From NCBI GenBank assembly GCA_965205015.1, contig OZ242029.1, positions 928,001 to 992,000 of the forward strand: a stretch of DNA of 64,000 nt, in the 5' to 3' direction. The notes under the pieces were generated by a model. It did not search any database, was not told the origin of the DNA, and saw nothing but the letters and a program-made list of their open reading frames with translations. This document shows, in pieces, positions 40,701 to 51,202 of this stretch. Numbering within the stretch: position 1 is the stretch's first letter; every line of letters starts with the position of its first letter. Made by a program: the position numbers and the translations under genes. The DNA comes from Candidatus Poribacteria bacterium. Lineage in GTDB: Bacteria; Poribacteria; WGA-4E; WGA-3G.

Positions 40701-41828
40701 ATGAAGATTGATAAGATTGAGTCGTTTTTTATCAGAAACGGCTACGTGATTCGGATTTATACAGATACAGGCATCAGCGGTGTGGGACAGACCGCGTGTT
40801 GGGGATATCCAGAAGCCGTTGATAGCATCATCAACACCTTTAAAAAACACCTCATCGGTCAAAATCCTCTGCGGATTGAGCATCACTGGCAATACCTCTA
40901 CCGCATGGGACCGTTTCGTGGGACGGCGTTGAGCGGTGCCATTAGTGCTGTGGACATCGCCTTATGGGACATCAAGGGCAAACATTTCGATGTACCGATC
41001 TGGGAACTGTTAGGTGGAAACTGTCGCGATAAAATTCGATTGCACCTCCTCGGCGGCGGAAGCACACCCGAAACGATGTACGAGGCAGCAAAAGCCGCTG
41101 TCGAAGAAGGCTTCACAGCACTCAAGTTTGACCCAGTGGTCGGCGGTTTCCAAGACATGACCGTCGATAGACTCGTCAAGACAGCCCGTGACATCGTCGC
41201 TGCTGCGCGTGAAGGCGGCGGACCCGATCTGGATCTGATTGTTGAAGTACACCGGAAACTGACACCGATGAACGGCATTGTCTTAGAATCCGCACTGGCA
41301 CCTTTCAACCTCTATTTCATCGAAGATCCAATTCAGATAGATACGATTACAACGCAAGCGGAATTAGCGAAACGGATGACAACCCCGCTCGCTATCGGCG
41401 AACGCAATGTAAGCATATGGGAATTCCGTGAACTCTTGGAAGCAGGCGGACCGCAATACGTTCGTCCGGATCTCGGTTTAGCAGGCGGTATAACACATTG
41501 CAAGAAAATCGCGGCACTTGCCGAAGCGTATCATAGTGCTGTCGTTACGCACAACTTCCTCGGACCCCTCATTACTGCCGCTTCGCTTCACTTAGACACA
41601 AGCATCCCGAACTTCATCACACAGGAATATACGAAAGGCGACGAATCCGAAGACTTCGCCGTATACAAAGTCGCGTATCAGCGAGAAGGCGGCTACATCC
41701 CGATCCCTGAAACTCCGGGCTTGGGCATCGAACTTGACGACAGTTTAATCGAGAAAAACCCGTATCAACCGATGAACACCGGCACGACCCCTTTGCGTGA
41801 AGACGGCTCTGTCGCTTATGCGGTATAA
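40701..41828 (+). CDS. Mandelate racemase/galactonate dehydratase-like enolase superfamily enzyme
   Basis: AVDIALWDIKGK, EVH, EDP, GER, THN; AGGAG RBS before ATG 40701. Confidence 0.87.
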   Translation: MKIDKIESFFIRNGYVIRIYTDTGISGVGQTACWGYPEAVDSIINTFKKHLIGQNPLRIEHHWQYLYRMGPFRGTALSGAISAVDIALWDIKGKHFDVPIWELLGGNCRDKIRLHLLGGGSTPETMYEAAKAAVEEGFTALKFDPVVGGFQDMTVDRLVKTARDIVAAAREGGGPDLDLIVEVHRKLTPMNGIVLESALAPFNLYFIEDPIQIDTITTQAELAKRMTTPLAIGERNVSIWEFRELLEAGGPQYVRPDLGLAGGITHCKKIAALAEAYHSAVVTHNFLGPLITAASLHLDTSIPNFITQEYTKGDESEDFAVYKVAYQREGGYIPIPETPGLGIELDDSLIEKNPYQPMNTGTTPLREDGSVAYAV

Positions 41829-41983
41829 AATAGTTTTCAGTTATCAGTTATCGGTGAAAGAGGGTGCCGATGACGGTAACATAACTTCAAAAGAAAGGAG
41901 CCGGTTGGAATTTGTCAGAAGACTCTCACATTACGGAAGACGTAACCGACAACTGACGACTGACAACTGACAACTACTAAAAA

Positions 41984-42784
41984 ATGAATGCTGATGAAAA
42001 ATATCTATTTGATCTGAACGGTTACCTCGTTGTCAAGAATGTGCTAACACCCGAAGAGGTAGCAATCGCCAACGAAGCAATCGATAGACATAGCGAGCAA
42101 GGACGCATCCGTCCACGCGAACAGGCACTCGACGGCGGCTCCGCGGAATTAAAAGGTGAGCAGGGCAGAGGCGAACTCGGCGGTATGCTCAATTGGGAGG
42201 AACCGTGGTGTAATCCGTTCCGACACATGCTTGCACACCCGACACTCGTCCCGTATCTGAATGTAATATTGGGAAAAGGGTTCCGGATGGATCATCAGAT
42301 GTTCCTGCTTTCAATGGACAAGGGTGCAGAGGGGCATACGTTCCATGGATCCTCCGGTCCTGGCTTCGATCCGAACCAATACTATATTTTCCGTGACGGA
42401 CGCATGCACAACGGCCTGACTGTCGCCACATTCCAATTGACGGATGTACCACCCGGAGTCGGTGGATTAATCGTTATACCCGGAAGCCATAAGAGCAACT
42501 ACCCGTGCCCGAAGAAGATGCGGCTCTACCAGGAACACCAAGAGCATATCCGACAGCTCGTCTGCAACGCCGGCGATGTCATGATTTTCACAGAGGCAGT
42601 AACACACGGAACACTGCCGTGGACTGCTGAGCATCCGCGGCGTTCTATCTTAACCCGGTATACCGCAGGCAACATGGCGTATGTCCCTGCCTATGAAATA
42701 CCGGAATGGGCGAATGAGCGACAGCGTGCTGTCATGGAACCCCCCTATCATTCACGATTAAATCGTCCCACCTTGGAGGTGTAG
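41984..42784 (+). CDS. PhyH-like dioxygenase (HGS variant)
   Basis: YLFDLNGY, FHGS, PGSHK, AGDV.IFTEAVTHG. Confidence 0.82.
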   Translation: MNADEKYLFDLNGYLVVKNVLTPEEVAIANEAIDRHSEQGRIRPREQALDGGSAELKGEQGRGELGGMLNWEEPWCNPFRHMLAHPTLVPYLNVILGKGFRMDHQMFLLSMDKGAEGHTFHGSSGPGFDPNQYYIFRDGRMHNGLTVATFQLTDVPPGVGGLIVIPGSHKSNYPCPKKMRLYQEHQEHIRQLVCNAGDVMIFTEAVTHGTLPWTAEHPRRSILTRYTAGNMAYVPAYEIPEWANERQRAVMEPPYHSRLNRPTLEV

Positions 42785-42892
42785 GAAGGTTTTTAATTGA
42801 TGGGATCCTGGCCTGCGCTCCGCTTACACGCAAGTTTCTGGTGAGGTCGCAACTGAAATCTCATGCTGTTCAACCATAAGGAAAATTAAAAA

Positions 42893-43693
42893 ATGAATGC
42901 TGATGAAAAATATCTATTCGATCTGAACGGTTATCTTATTATCAAGAACGTGCTAACACCTGAAGAGGTAGCACTCGCGAATGCAGCAATTGATAAACAT
43001 AGTGACCAAGCACGCATTCGTCCACGCGATCAGACGCTCGATGGCGGCTCCGCAGAACTGAAAGGCGAACAGGGGAGAGGTGAACTCGGCGGCATGCTCG
43101 GATGGGAAGAGCCGTGGTGTAATCCGTTCCGACACATGCTCGCGCATCCGACACTCGTCCCCTACCTGAACGAGATACTCGGAAAAGGCTTCCGTATGGA
43201 TCATCAGATGTTCCTGCTTTCAATGGACCAAGGCGCGGAGGGCTTCATTTTCCATGGATCTTCCGGTCCTGGCTTTGATCCGAACCAATACTATATTTTC
43301 CGCGATGGACGTATGCACAACGGTTTGACTGTTGTAACGTTCCAGTTAACCGATGTGCCACCGGGAGCAGGTGGGTTAATCGTTATACCCGGAAGCCATA
43401 AGAGCAACTATCCGTGTCCACAAAAGATGCGGCTTTACCAAGAACACCAGGAGCATATCCGACAGCTCGTCTGCAACGCCGGCGATGTAGCAATCTTCAC
43501 GGAGGCGGTGACACACGGAACGCTGCCGTGGACTGCTGAACATCCGCGGCGTTCTATCTTAACCCGTTACACCGCAGGTAATATGGCGTATGTCCCCGCC
43601 TATGAAATACCGGAATGGGCAAATGAACGCCAACGCGCTGTGATGGAACCCCCTTATCATTCGCGATTAAATCGTCCCGTATTAGAAACGTAG
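42893..43693 (+). CDS. PhyH-like dioxygenase (HGS variant), tandem paralog
   Basis: Near-identical protein to 41984-42784. Confidence 0.82.
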   Translation: MNADEKYLFDLNGYLIIKNVLTPEEVALANAAIDKHSDQARIRPRDQTLDGGSAELKGEQGRGELGGMLGWEEPWCNPFRHMLAHPTLVPYLNEILGKGFRMDHQMFLLSMDQGAEGFIFHGSSGPGFDPNQYYIFRDGRMHNGLTVVTFQLTDVPPGAGGLIVIPGSHKSNYPCPQKMRLYQEHQEHIRQLVCNAGDVAIFTEAVTHGTLPWTAEHPRRSILTRYTAGNMAYVPAYEIPEWANERQRAVMEPPYHSRLNRPVLET

Positions 43694-43708
43694 GAAGGAA
43701 TAGCTGAT

Positions 43709-44788
43709 ATGTCTACTTCAACGAGTGCAATCCTGGGTCTCATTTTTTTAGGACTCGCGAATGCCTCCGTTTTTTTAATGTTTAAGTTATGGGGTTACCC
43801 ATTCGACAAAGAGACACGGACGAGTGCCGCGCCCCCCTCCTTGATGCTGCTTCACCGGCTCATCGGCTATGCGTATGCGATACTCTATGTCTTTATGATG
43901 TGGCACATGGTGCCACGCTTGTGGAATTACCAAGTCGAGCTACCACCTCGAACCGTAGCACACCTGATGCTCGGTATCACCATCGGCGTGTTAATCCTCG
44001 TCAAGATTGCCATCCTTCGGTTTTTCCGGCACTTTGAGGAATCCATGCCGTATATCGGGACGACCCTGCTGATTTGCACCTATCTACTGATTGGATTGTC
44101 GGTGCCGTTTACATTCCGAGAAGCAGCATTGCGAACACAGACAATGGCATTCAGTGAAGAAGGTATCGCTCGAACCCGTAAGTTGCTTGAAACCGCCGGA
44201 TTGCCAGCCGAAGCACCGCTCGACCAACTCGCATCAAAGCGAAAATTGCGGGAGGGTCAACACGTCCTACAGCGTAAATGCGTTGTCTGTCACGATCTAC
44301 GCACCATTCTCGCAAAACCACGTATTCCGACGGACTGGGTCCGTCTCGTCAACCGCATGGCGATAAAACCGATGATCGGCGAACCCATTCACACAGAAGA
44401 GGAATGGACAGTCTCGGCGTATCTTATCGCGATTACACCGGATATTCAAACCTCGGCCCGGCAACAACGTCAAGAACAGATGCGCGCCGATGAGGCAAAG
44501 GCAGCCGCCCAAATTGCAACTTTCACGCTGGGAATAGATGCAGAAGCTGAAATGGATACAACGGATACAGCAGAAACCGACACCTATGACGCAGTAGAAG
44601 CGCAAGCCCTCTTTGAGGACAGATGCTCTCAATGTCATCCCATCACCGATATTGAAGACTATCCACCTCGCTCTGAAGAAGAGACAATCGAGCTCATAAC
44701 ACGGATGATAGAGATCGGGCTTTACCTTGAAGAGGAAGAGATTGCATTGATTACACGCTATATCAACGCACATTATTTGGAAGAGTAA
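43709..44788 (+). CDS. Membrane protein with two c-type heme motifs
   Basis: Four N-terminal TM helices with His residues; CVVCH and CSQCH. Confidence 0.75.
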   Translation: MSTSTSAILGLIFLGLANASVFLMFKLWGYPFDKETRTSAAPPSLMLLHRLIGYAYAILYVFMMWHMVPRLWNYQVELPPRTVAHLMLGITIGVLILVKIAILRFFRHFEESMPYIGTTLLICTYLLIGLSVPFTFREAALRTQTMAFSEEGIARTRKLLETAGLPAEAPLDQLASKRKLREGQHVLQRKCVVCHDLRTILAKPRIPTDWVRLVNRMAIKPMIGEPIHTEEEWTVSAYLIAITPDIQTSARQQRQEQMRADEAKAAAQIATFTLGIDAEAEMDTTDTAETDTYDAVEAQALFEDRCSQCHPITDIEDYPPRSEEETIELITRMIEIGLYLEEEEIALITRYINAHYLEE

Positions 44789-44916
44789 ATAGTTTGCAGT
44801 GCGGGTTGCTACGCAACCCTTTCAGTTTGCCTCACAGTGAGAGTTATCAGGCACAAGAAACTGCCCTTAAACGAAAATCTCTTAACTGGAAACTGAAGAC
44901 TGATAACTGTTAACTA

Positions 44917-45744
44917 CTATAACCGAATCTTCTTGAATTCCTCAATCTGTGCCGTAATCGCGCGTTCCGTCGGGAGACGCTCGGCACTTGACGCACCGTA
45001 GAACCCCACGACCCCTTCGGTATTCTCCAGAACGTAGGTTGCGTCCTCTGGCTCAGCGATCGGACCGCCGTGACAGATAACGAGAATCTCTGGGTTAACC
45101 CCTTTTGCGGCATCGTGAATGGCTTGCACCCGTTCGGCGGCATCCGCAAGCGTGAGAGCGGTTTGCGCACCGATAGACCCCTTCGTTGTCAACCCCATGT
45201 GTGCGACGAGGATATCCGCACCCGCATCCGCCATCTGCTCTGCCTCGGTTTCGTTGAAGGCATACGGCGTGGTGAGCATTCCCATCTGATGCGCCGTCCG
45301 AATCATCTCCACCTCAGGTCCGTATCCCATATCGGTCTCCTCGAGCAGCTGGCGAAACGTGCCGTCAATCAGACCCACCGTCGGGAAGTTTTGAACCCCA
45401 GAAAACCCGATCGCATCTATCTGACCTAAGAAGACATCCATCAAACGAAATGGATCCGTCCCACAGACCCCCGCGAGAACGGGTGTGTCCGGGACGACGG
45501 GTAGCACTTCGCTCGCCATCTCAACGACAATCTGGTTCGCATCGCCGTAGGGCATCATACCTGCCAGTGAACCCCTGCCCGCCATTCTGAATCTGCCAGA
45601 GTTATAGATAATAATCAAGTCAATACCACCCGCTGCTTCGCACTTTGCGGAGATACCCGTGCCAGCACCCGCTCCAATGATGGGCTTACCTGCGTCAATA
45701 TTGTTGCGCAGTTGCGCCAAAATTTCTTCGCGTTTGAATTTCAT
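44917..45744 (-). CDS. Phosphoenolpyruvate hydrolase-like TIM-barrel protein
   Basis: [40 protein letters not shown]. Confidence 0.88.
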   Translation of the reverse strand: MKFKREEILAQLRNNIDAGKPIIGAGAGTGISAKCEAAGGIDLIIIYNSGRFRMAGRGSLAGMMPYGDANQIVVEMASEVLPVVPDTPVLAGVCGTDPFRLMDVFLGQIDAIGFSGVQNFPTVGLIDGTFRQLLEETDMGYGPEVEMIRTAHQMGMLTTPYAFNETEAEQMADAGADILVAHMGLTTKGSIGAQTALTLADAAERVQAIHDAAKGVNPEILVICHGGPIAEPEDATYVLENTEGVVGFYGASSAERLPTERAITAQIEEFKKIRL

Positions 45745-45869
45745 GAGTCGTTATCCCTTGCGTATGATAATTAGATATAGTATACTACACCTATTATAGC
45801 AAAATATTAGATCGTGTGTAACATTTTTGATATCCTTCAGATTTCTATTCCTTCATAAAGGCAACACGC

Positions 45870-47570
45870 ATGACCTTATACCGTTTTTGGCGAGGTAGCG
45901 GTGGCACATCTGAAAATGCGCCTGCCGACTACTTCCTACATCGTTGTAAAAAGTTACGATATAGAAATTCAGTACGCCCTGGCTTGGTAAGCCTTTTTGT
46001 TGTATTCACAGGTATCTTTTGCCTTTCTGCAGAGGCTTACATAAAAGGCCCTTGGCTATGGATGATTGCCAAAGGTGCAGATATAGATAACGATCAGTTG
46101 GCTGTCGCAAGTAAGGGCACGGTCACTGAAAACCTTGTCGCCGCATACGGTGTAAACGAAGGAGATAGCGTAGGACAGTTGCAATGGACACGCGGGCGGA
46201 TTTTCCCAGAAATCGACTGCTTATTCTGGCAGTGGGGCTGCTACTCGGATAATGTTAACAGGGTCGTCAATAGGATAGGGTTGAGCAACGACCGGGGGTT
46301 GAATCGCCATTCTGCGTACGCTTTAATTAACATCCGCTCCTCGCGAGAACGCAGAAACGTCGCGATGGGGGTCGGGAGTGATGACGCTGTTAAAGTTTGG
46401 CTCAACGGTCAAGTGGTCCATATAAACAGGGTGGACAGAGCCACAACGGGCATTCAAGACCTATTTCGCGTCAATCTGAAAGTCGGGGACAACCTTCTCC
46501 TCGTTAAAGTAAGCGATAATCTATGGAATTGGGGGATGTTCTTCGATATCTATCTTGAGAAGGACGATTTTAGCACCGCTCTCCCTATGAGGACTTCCGA
46601 TACTTCCCTCGCTATACACCTGTTTCAAAAATACAGTGCCACGCTCCAAGATCCGGAGATTCAGAAAGTGTTTCCGACTGTATTGACGCGGTTTCAAGAA
46701 CCGGAGATACAAGCTCTTTTGACCCCTTTTACAATAAACACTGTTGCTGAGAATCCAGACATCCTCACACAGTTCGGTGTGTCGGAGAAAACGATAAGGT
46801 TCATTAAAGGAAATGCCGGTGTCCGCGCGATGCTCCGCGATCCAGACTTTCAAACGTTGTTGCAAAATCGGAATGCTTTATCAGAATTCGCGGCACTCGT
46901 TACTGGCGAGGAACTTACCGTTCTTCCTAAAGAACGCTCTTTAGCTGCAGATGTTGATGGAAACGGAGCTGTAAATATCCTGGACCTCGTGCGCATTGCA
47001 ACGCGCGTAGGTCGAACAGGTCCTGATCCTGCGGATGTGAACCGTGATGGCACCGTTAATATTCGTGATATTGTCTTGGCTGCAGCCTTAATGGGTACGG
47101 AAGCAGCCGCCCCTTCTGCTTTTGCTGGGATAGGAGCAGCCCCCAGTCACCCGCCCCTACGCCCTGAAGACATCCAACTTTGGCTGACACAAATCCAACG
47201 CGTTGACTTGCGCGATCCGACCTTCCAAAGAGGGGTAAGAGTCCTAAAGCACCTGATGGAGATGTTGACACCGAAAAAGACAGGACTTCTGCCCAATTAT
47301 CCCAATCCATTCAACCCTGAAACATGGATACCGTATCAACTCTCTAAACCTGCTGATGTTACAGTGACTATCTATGCCGCGAACGGCACTTTGGTCCGCA
47401 CCTTGGTGTTAGGACATCAACCCGCGGGTATATACCAGAACCGTAGTCGTGCAGCACACTGGGACGGCAAAAACGAATTCGGTGAGCCTGTAGCGAGTGG
47501 GGTCTATTTCTATACACTCAAGGTCTCTGGGGAATTCACTGCCACTCGCAAAATGTTCATACGGAAGTAG
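45870..47570 (+). CDS. Secreted protein with dockerin-like repeats and C-terminal FlgD-Ig/T9SS-like domain
   Basis: GSDDAVKVWLNG; DVDGNGAVNILD, DVNRDGTVNIRD; LLPNYPNPFNPETWIPY...SGVYFY. Confidence 0.8.
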   Translation: MTLYRFWRGSGGTSENAPADYFLHRCKKLRYRNSVRPGLVSLFVVFTGIFCLSAEAYIKGPWLWMIAKGADIDNDQLAVASKGTVTENLVAAYGVNEGDSVGQLQWTRGRIFPEIDCLFWQWGCYSDNVNRVVNRIGLSNDRGLNRHSAYALINIRSSRERRNVAMGVGSDDAVKVWLNGQVVHINRVDRATTGIQDLFRVNLKVGDNLLLVKVSDNLWNWGMFFDIYLEKDDFSTALPMRTSDTSLAIHLFQKYSATLQDPEIQKVFPTVLTRFQEPEIQALLTPFTINTVAENPDILTQFGVSEKTIRFIKGNAGVRAMLRDPDFQTLLQNRNALSEFAALVTGEELTVLPKERSLAADVDGNGAVNILDLVRIATRVGRTGPDPADVNRDGTVNIRDIVLAAALMGTEAAAPSAFAGIGAAPSHPPLRPEDIQLWLTQIQRVDLRDPTFQRGVRVLKHLMEMLTPKKTGLLPNYPNPFNPETWIPYQLSKPADVTVTIYAANGTLVRTLVLGHQPAGIYQNRSRAAHWDGKNEFGEPVASGVYFYTLKVSGEFTATRKMFIRK

Positions 47571-47999
47571 CGAGCAGCTGTCAGCGAAGGGCATCGTTTT
47601 GTCTGAGTCTCAGATTGACACAGATTACACAGATGAATGCGGATTCTCTTTCCTCTATAGGAGCAACTTTCCCCACGCGACCGTATCCCTGTATACACGT
47701 ATACACCTTTATCAGACCTTCTATGAAAAACGACTTGGCGTCACTAAACACACAAAATTCTTTTTTCCCGTGATGTAACGTTTTGCCTGAAAATTGTGTC
47801 TTTAATAGAGTAAGTTCAACTTAAGGATTCAGAGAAGTTCGAGACGGCATTTCTATCTATCGCTAATTTGATAACAGATATATTCCCACAGTATGCGTCT
47901 TGGTATTGTGTCTCACTTTCGTTCAATTGAATCTACACTAGGAACCAATTGCTTATACCGAGCTCGCGTTAATATATACCCAAAAAAGGGGACCCTCTC

Positions 48000-49988
48000 A
48001 TGAAAAATACACTGACTTTCATTTTAGTGATTGGACTGGCGATATGTGTTATTCCTCAAAACACCATCGCACAAGACCCACAGGATTTGTATTTACGGTA
48101 CTTACCCAAAGGTGTGAAAGCACGGCACGGCAAAGGTACGTTAACAGGACAGATCGCGAGTTCCGCTGATGGAAAACGTTTAGCCGTCGCGTGTAGCATC
48201 GGTATTTGGATGTATGACGTAGAAACGAGCAAAATACTTAATCTGCTGACAGGGCATACGGATTGGGTATGGAGCGTAGCGTTTAGCCCAGATGGGAAGA
48301 TGTTGGCAAGCACAAGTGAAGACCGCACCGTCCGTTTATGGAATGCACAGACAGGTGCTGAACTTCGGACGCTGCAAGGACATGAAGAATTTACCACAAG
48401 CGTAGCATTCAGTCCGGACGGGAAGATGCTGGCAAGTGGCAGTGTAGACGAGACCATCCGACTCTGGGATGTAACAACCGGCACAAATCTTCGGGTGCTG
48501 GCAGCGCATGAACATGGTGTCACAAGCGTAGCGTTTAGTCCGGATGGAGAGATACTGGCAAGTTCGGGTTCAGACAACACCGTGCGGCTGTGGGATGCAC
48601 AAACGGGAAATCCTGTTCGGACGCTAACAGGGAATCAGGGATATGTTTATACCGTAGTATTCAGTCCGGATGGGAAGATACTCGCGAGTGCCTGTCAGGA
48701 TCAAAGCGTGCGTTTGTGGAATGCACAGACGGGTGAGACGCTTCAGACGTTGACTGGGCATAGTGGTATTGTTGAAAATATCGCGTTCAGTCCGGATGGG
48801 AAGATACTCGCGAGTACAAGTACCGACAAGACCATCCGTCTATGGGATGTGCAGACAGGGACACAGCTGCGGGTGTTGTCCGGGCATGAATGGGGTAGCG
48901 AGCGCGTTATATTTAGCCCAGATGGGAAAACGCTGATGAGTGGTAGCACGGACGACACCGTGCGGCTGTGGGATGTGGAAACCGGTAAAGAACTTCGAAA
49001 GATAGTAGAGCATACGATGATGGATGTACATAGTCTGGCATTCAGTCCGGATGGAAAAACACTGGCTGGTGGCACTTGGGATAATACCGTTTATTTTTGG
49101 AATGCACAGACGGGGGAACCCCTTCCGCCGCTGGAAAGCGATATCTACCTTAGAGCAAACGTCGCCTTCAGTCCGGATGGAAAAACACTCGCAAGTAGCG
49201 GTTGGGACAAGACCGTGAAATTGTGGGATATAAAAACAGGTGCAGAACTGCCGCCGTTGGTGAAGCATGATACAGATGTCACAACCCTTGCCTTCAGTCC
49301 GGATGGAAAAACACTGGCGAGCGCAAGTCGTCAAAACACCATCTATTTGTGGGATAGGCAAACACGGAAACCTATACGTATGATGTCAAAACATCAAAAA
49401 TTGCCTACTCCCGAAGAGATACAAAAGCTGCGTGATCGAATGCTAAAAGGTGATAAGGAAGCAGCTCAAAAACTACGTAAAAGTCTACTCACGGCGTTAG
49501 ATCCCGAGGAACATGTCTATTACATAGCGTTCAGTCCGGACAGTTCACTGTTAGCAAGCGCGAGTGATGACGAGATTGTACGTGTATGGAATGTGCAGAC
49601 GGGTACCCTTCGTTTTATTTTAGACAAACACAGTGATTCTGTAAATTACGTCGCATTCAGTCCGGATGGAAAGATACTGGCGAGTTGCAGTACCGACCAG
49701 ACCGTGCGTTTCTGGAATTCAGGGTCTGGTGAACTGATTCGGACGATAGAAGCGCATCAGGGACATGTTTATAGCATCGCGTTCAGTCCGGATGGAAAGA
49801 TACTGGCAAGTTCGGGTTTGGACCAAGCTATTCGTCTGTGGGATGTGGAAACTGGCATACATCTTCGGACACTGGATGCACATCGGTCGGGTGTTCTTGA
49901 AATAGTGTTCAGTCCGGACGGAAAGACACTGGCGAGTACGAGTTGGAATAGTGTCGTGTTGTTGTGGGATCTCTTGGTTGATAATTAG
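48000..49988 (+). CDS. Secreted WD40-repeat protein
   Basis: Signal peptide; ~14 GH...VAFSPDG..LAS...D.TVRLWD repeats. Confidence 0.9.
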   Translation: MKNTLTFILVIGLAICVIPQNTIAQDPQDLYLRYLPKGVKARHGKGTLTGQIASSADGKRLAVACSIGIWMYDVETSKILNLLTGHTDWVWSVAFSPDGKMLASTSEDRTVRLWNAQTGAELRTLQGHEEFTTSVAFSPDGKMLASGSVDETIRLWDVTTGTNLRVLAAHEHGVTSVAFSPDGEILASSGSDNTVRLWDAQTGNPVRTLTGNQGYVYTVVFSPDGKILASACQDQSVRLWNAQTGETLQTLTGHSGIVENIAFSPDGKILASTSTDKTIRLWDVQTGTQLRVLSGHEWGSERVIFSPDGKTLMSGSTDDTVRLWDVETGKELRKIVEHTMMDVHSLAFSPDGKTLAGGTWDNTVYFWNAQTGEPLPPLESDIYLRANVAFSPDGKTLASSGWDKTVKLWDIKTGAELPPLVKHDTDVTTLAFSPDGKTLASASRQNTIYLWDRQTRKPIRMMSKHQKLPTPEEIQKLRDRMLKGDKEAAQKLRKSLLTALDPEEHVYYIAFSPDSSLLASASDDEIVRVWNVQTGTLRFILDKHSDSVNYVAFSPDGKILASCSTDQTVRFWNSGSGELIRTIEAHQGHVYSIAFSPDGKILASSGLDQAIRLWDVETGIHLRTLDAHRSGVLEIVFSPDGKTLASTSWNSVVLLWDLLVDN

Positions 49989-50022
49989 GAGTGGGCGGGT
50001 CCAGGGACCCGCTCTTACATTT

Positions 50023-51198
50023 TTACCGCCGGGCATGCTGCGATTCCGCGGGTGCGCGGTATTCAACATTGAGATGCGGTGTTTCCAATCTCACATGTCC
50101 TTGAAGGCGCGAAGTCAAACAACTCTCCAGAGCACCACTCACCAATAAGGTTCGTTCCGCTGGGTACGGTGCGATACCCGTCTCAAAAAGTTCCTCAATC
50201 TTGGCGATAAGACAGGCAGAATAGGTAACGTTCGGAGTTGGCGTTAAGAAGAATTGCGTGGACACTGGCACCGATTCGTTTTTCAACTGCGCAGCGAAGC
50301 AGTAATCCCGGACTGCACCGTTAAGCATCAAAAGTGTCGCCCTCAACCCATCGTTATATTCAAGGCAATAGGCGGACGGGTTCTCAACGAGCCGGTAGAT
50401 TTCACCATTACGGATCATATCCTGTGTTCTCCCGTCTTCATCCGTTAAACCGCACGGTGTATCGCTTCGGGAGAGCGCGGCTTCCAGCAGTTGATATGAC
50501 CAGCGTCCGTCCTCGCCTGCCTTCCAGACTTCCTCACCATCTATTAATTGGACAGCGGCGACCCCGGTCTCACCACCCTTTCGGCGTTCTATCATACATT
50601 GCATCGCCTCCAAGGCGTGATAATCCATAGGATCCGAGCCTCCAACGCCTACCATGAGCGCCTCCTCTATCTCACACGCTAACGGCAATTCCACATCTGG
50701 CAACCGCCATGTAACAGGTAGAGACGAACCCGCAAGCACCCCAAAACCGAGGCGGTGGCCATCGTCCACCATCTCCTTCGCTTTCTCAAAACTATAGGAG
50801 AGGTGCTTGTCGTTGAAGATAGGCACGGCACGTCCATCTTCCTCAAAGACCTTGACGCACTCTTTGAAAAACTCATAACGTGGATATAGCACCTGACTTT
50901 TTTCATTGGTAGGATAATCGCCGTGTTCACCGATCGAAAGCACCGCATCTACAGCAAGTTCATCGCCACCACACCGGAGTGCTTCGGCGATAGTGGGATA
51001 CACAGAAAATCCGAACTCTCTGGCACGGTCCAGGCTTTGGTCCCCCTCCGGCTTCTGGTCAACGAACAATGAGACGACTTTTATATCGGGACGATGCCAT
51101 CTGCCCTGTTTCGGGTAACCAACGAGAAAACGATCTGCAAAATGTTGCGCATGCGATAGGTAACGGTAGATAGTCGTGATAACTGCGATCCGCTTCAT
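50023..51198 (-). CDS. Conserved hypothetical protein (divergent oxidoreductase-like), paralog B
   Basis: Similar along its length to 51203-52396 (SH.QH..DRFL, GEHG.YP.N, DKHLS, AGSSLPVTWR); GGAGG RBS. Confidence 0.7.
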   Translation of the reverse strand: MKRIAVITTIYRYLSHAQHFADRFLVGYPKQGRWHRPDIKVVSLFVDQKPEGDQSLDRAREFGFSVYPTIAEALRCGGDELAVDAVLSIGEHGDYPTNEKSQVLYPRYEFFKECVKVFEEDGRAVPIFNDKHLSYSFEKAKEMVDDGHRLGFGVLAGSSLPVTWRLPDVELPLACEIEEALMVGVGGSDPMDYHALEAMQCMIERRKGGETGVAAVQLIDGEEVWKAGEDGRWSYQLLEAALSRSDTPCGLTDEDGRTQDMIRNGEIYRLVENPSAYCLEYNDGLRATLLMLNGAVRDYCFAAQLKNESVPVSTQFFLTPTPNVTYSACLIAKIEELFETGIAPYPAERTLLVSGALESCLTSRLQGHVRLETPHLNVEYRAPAESQHARR

Positions 51199-51202
51199 AG
51201 CC

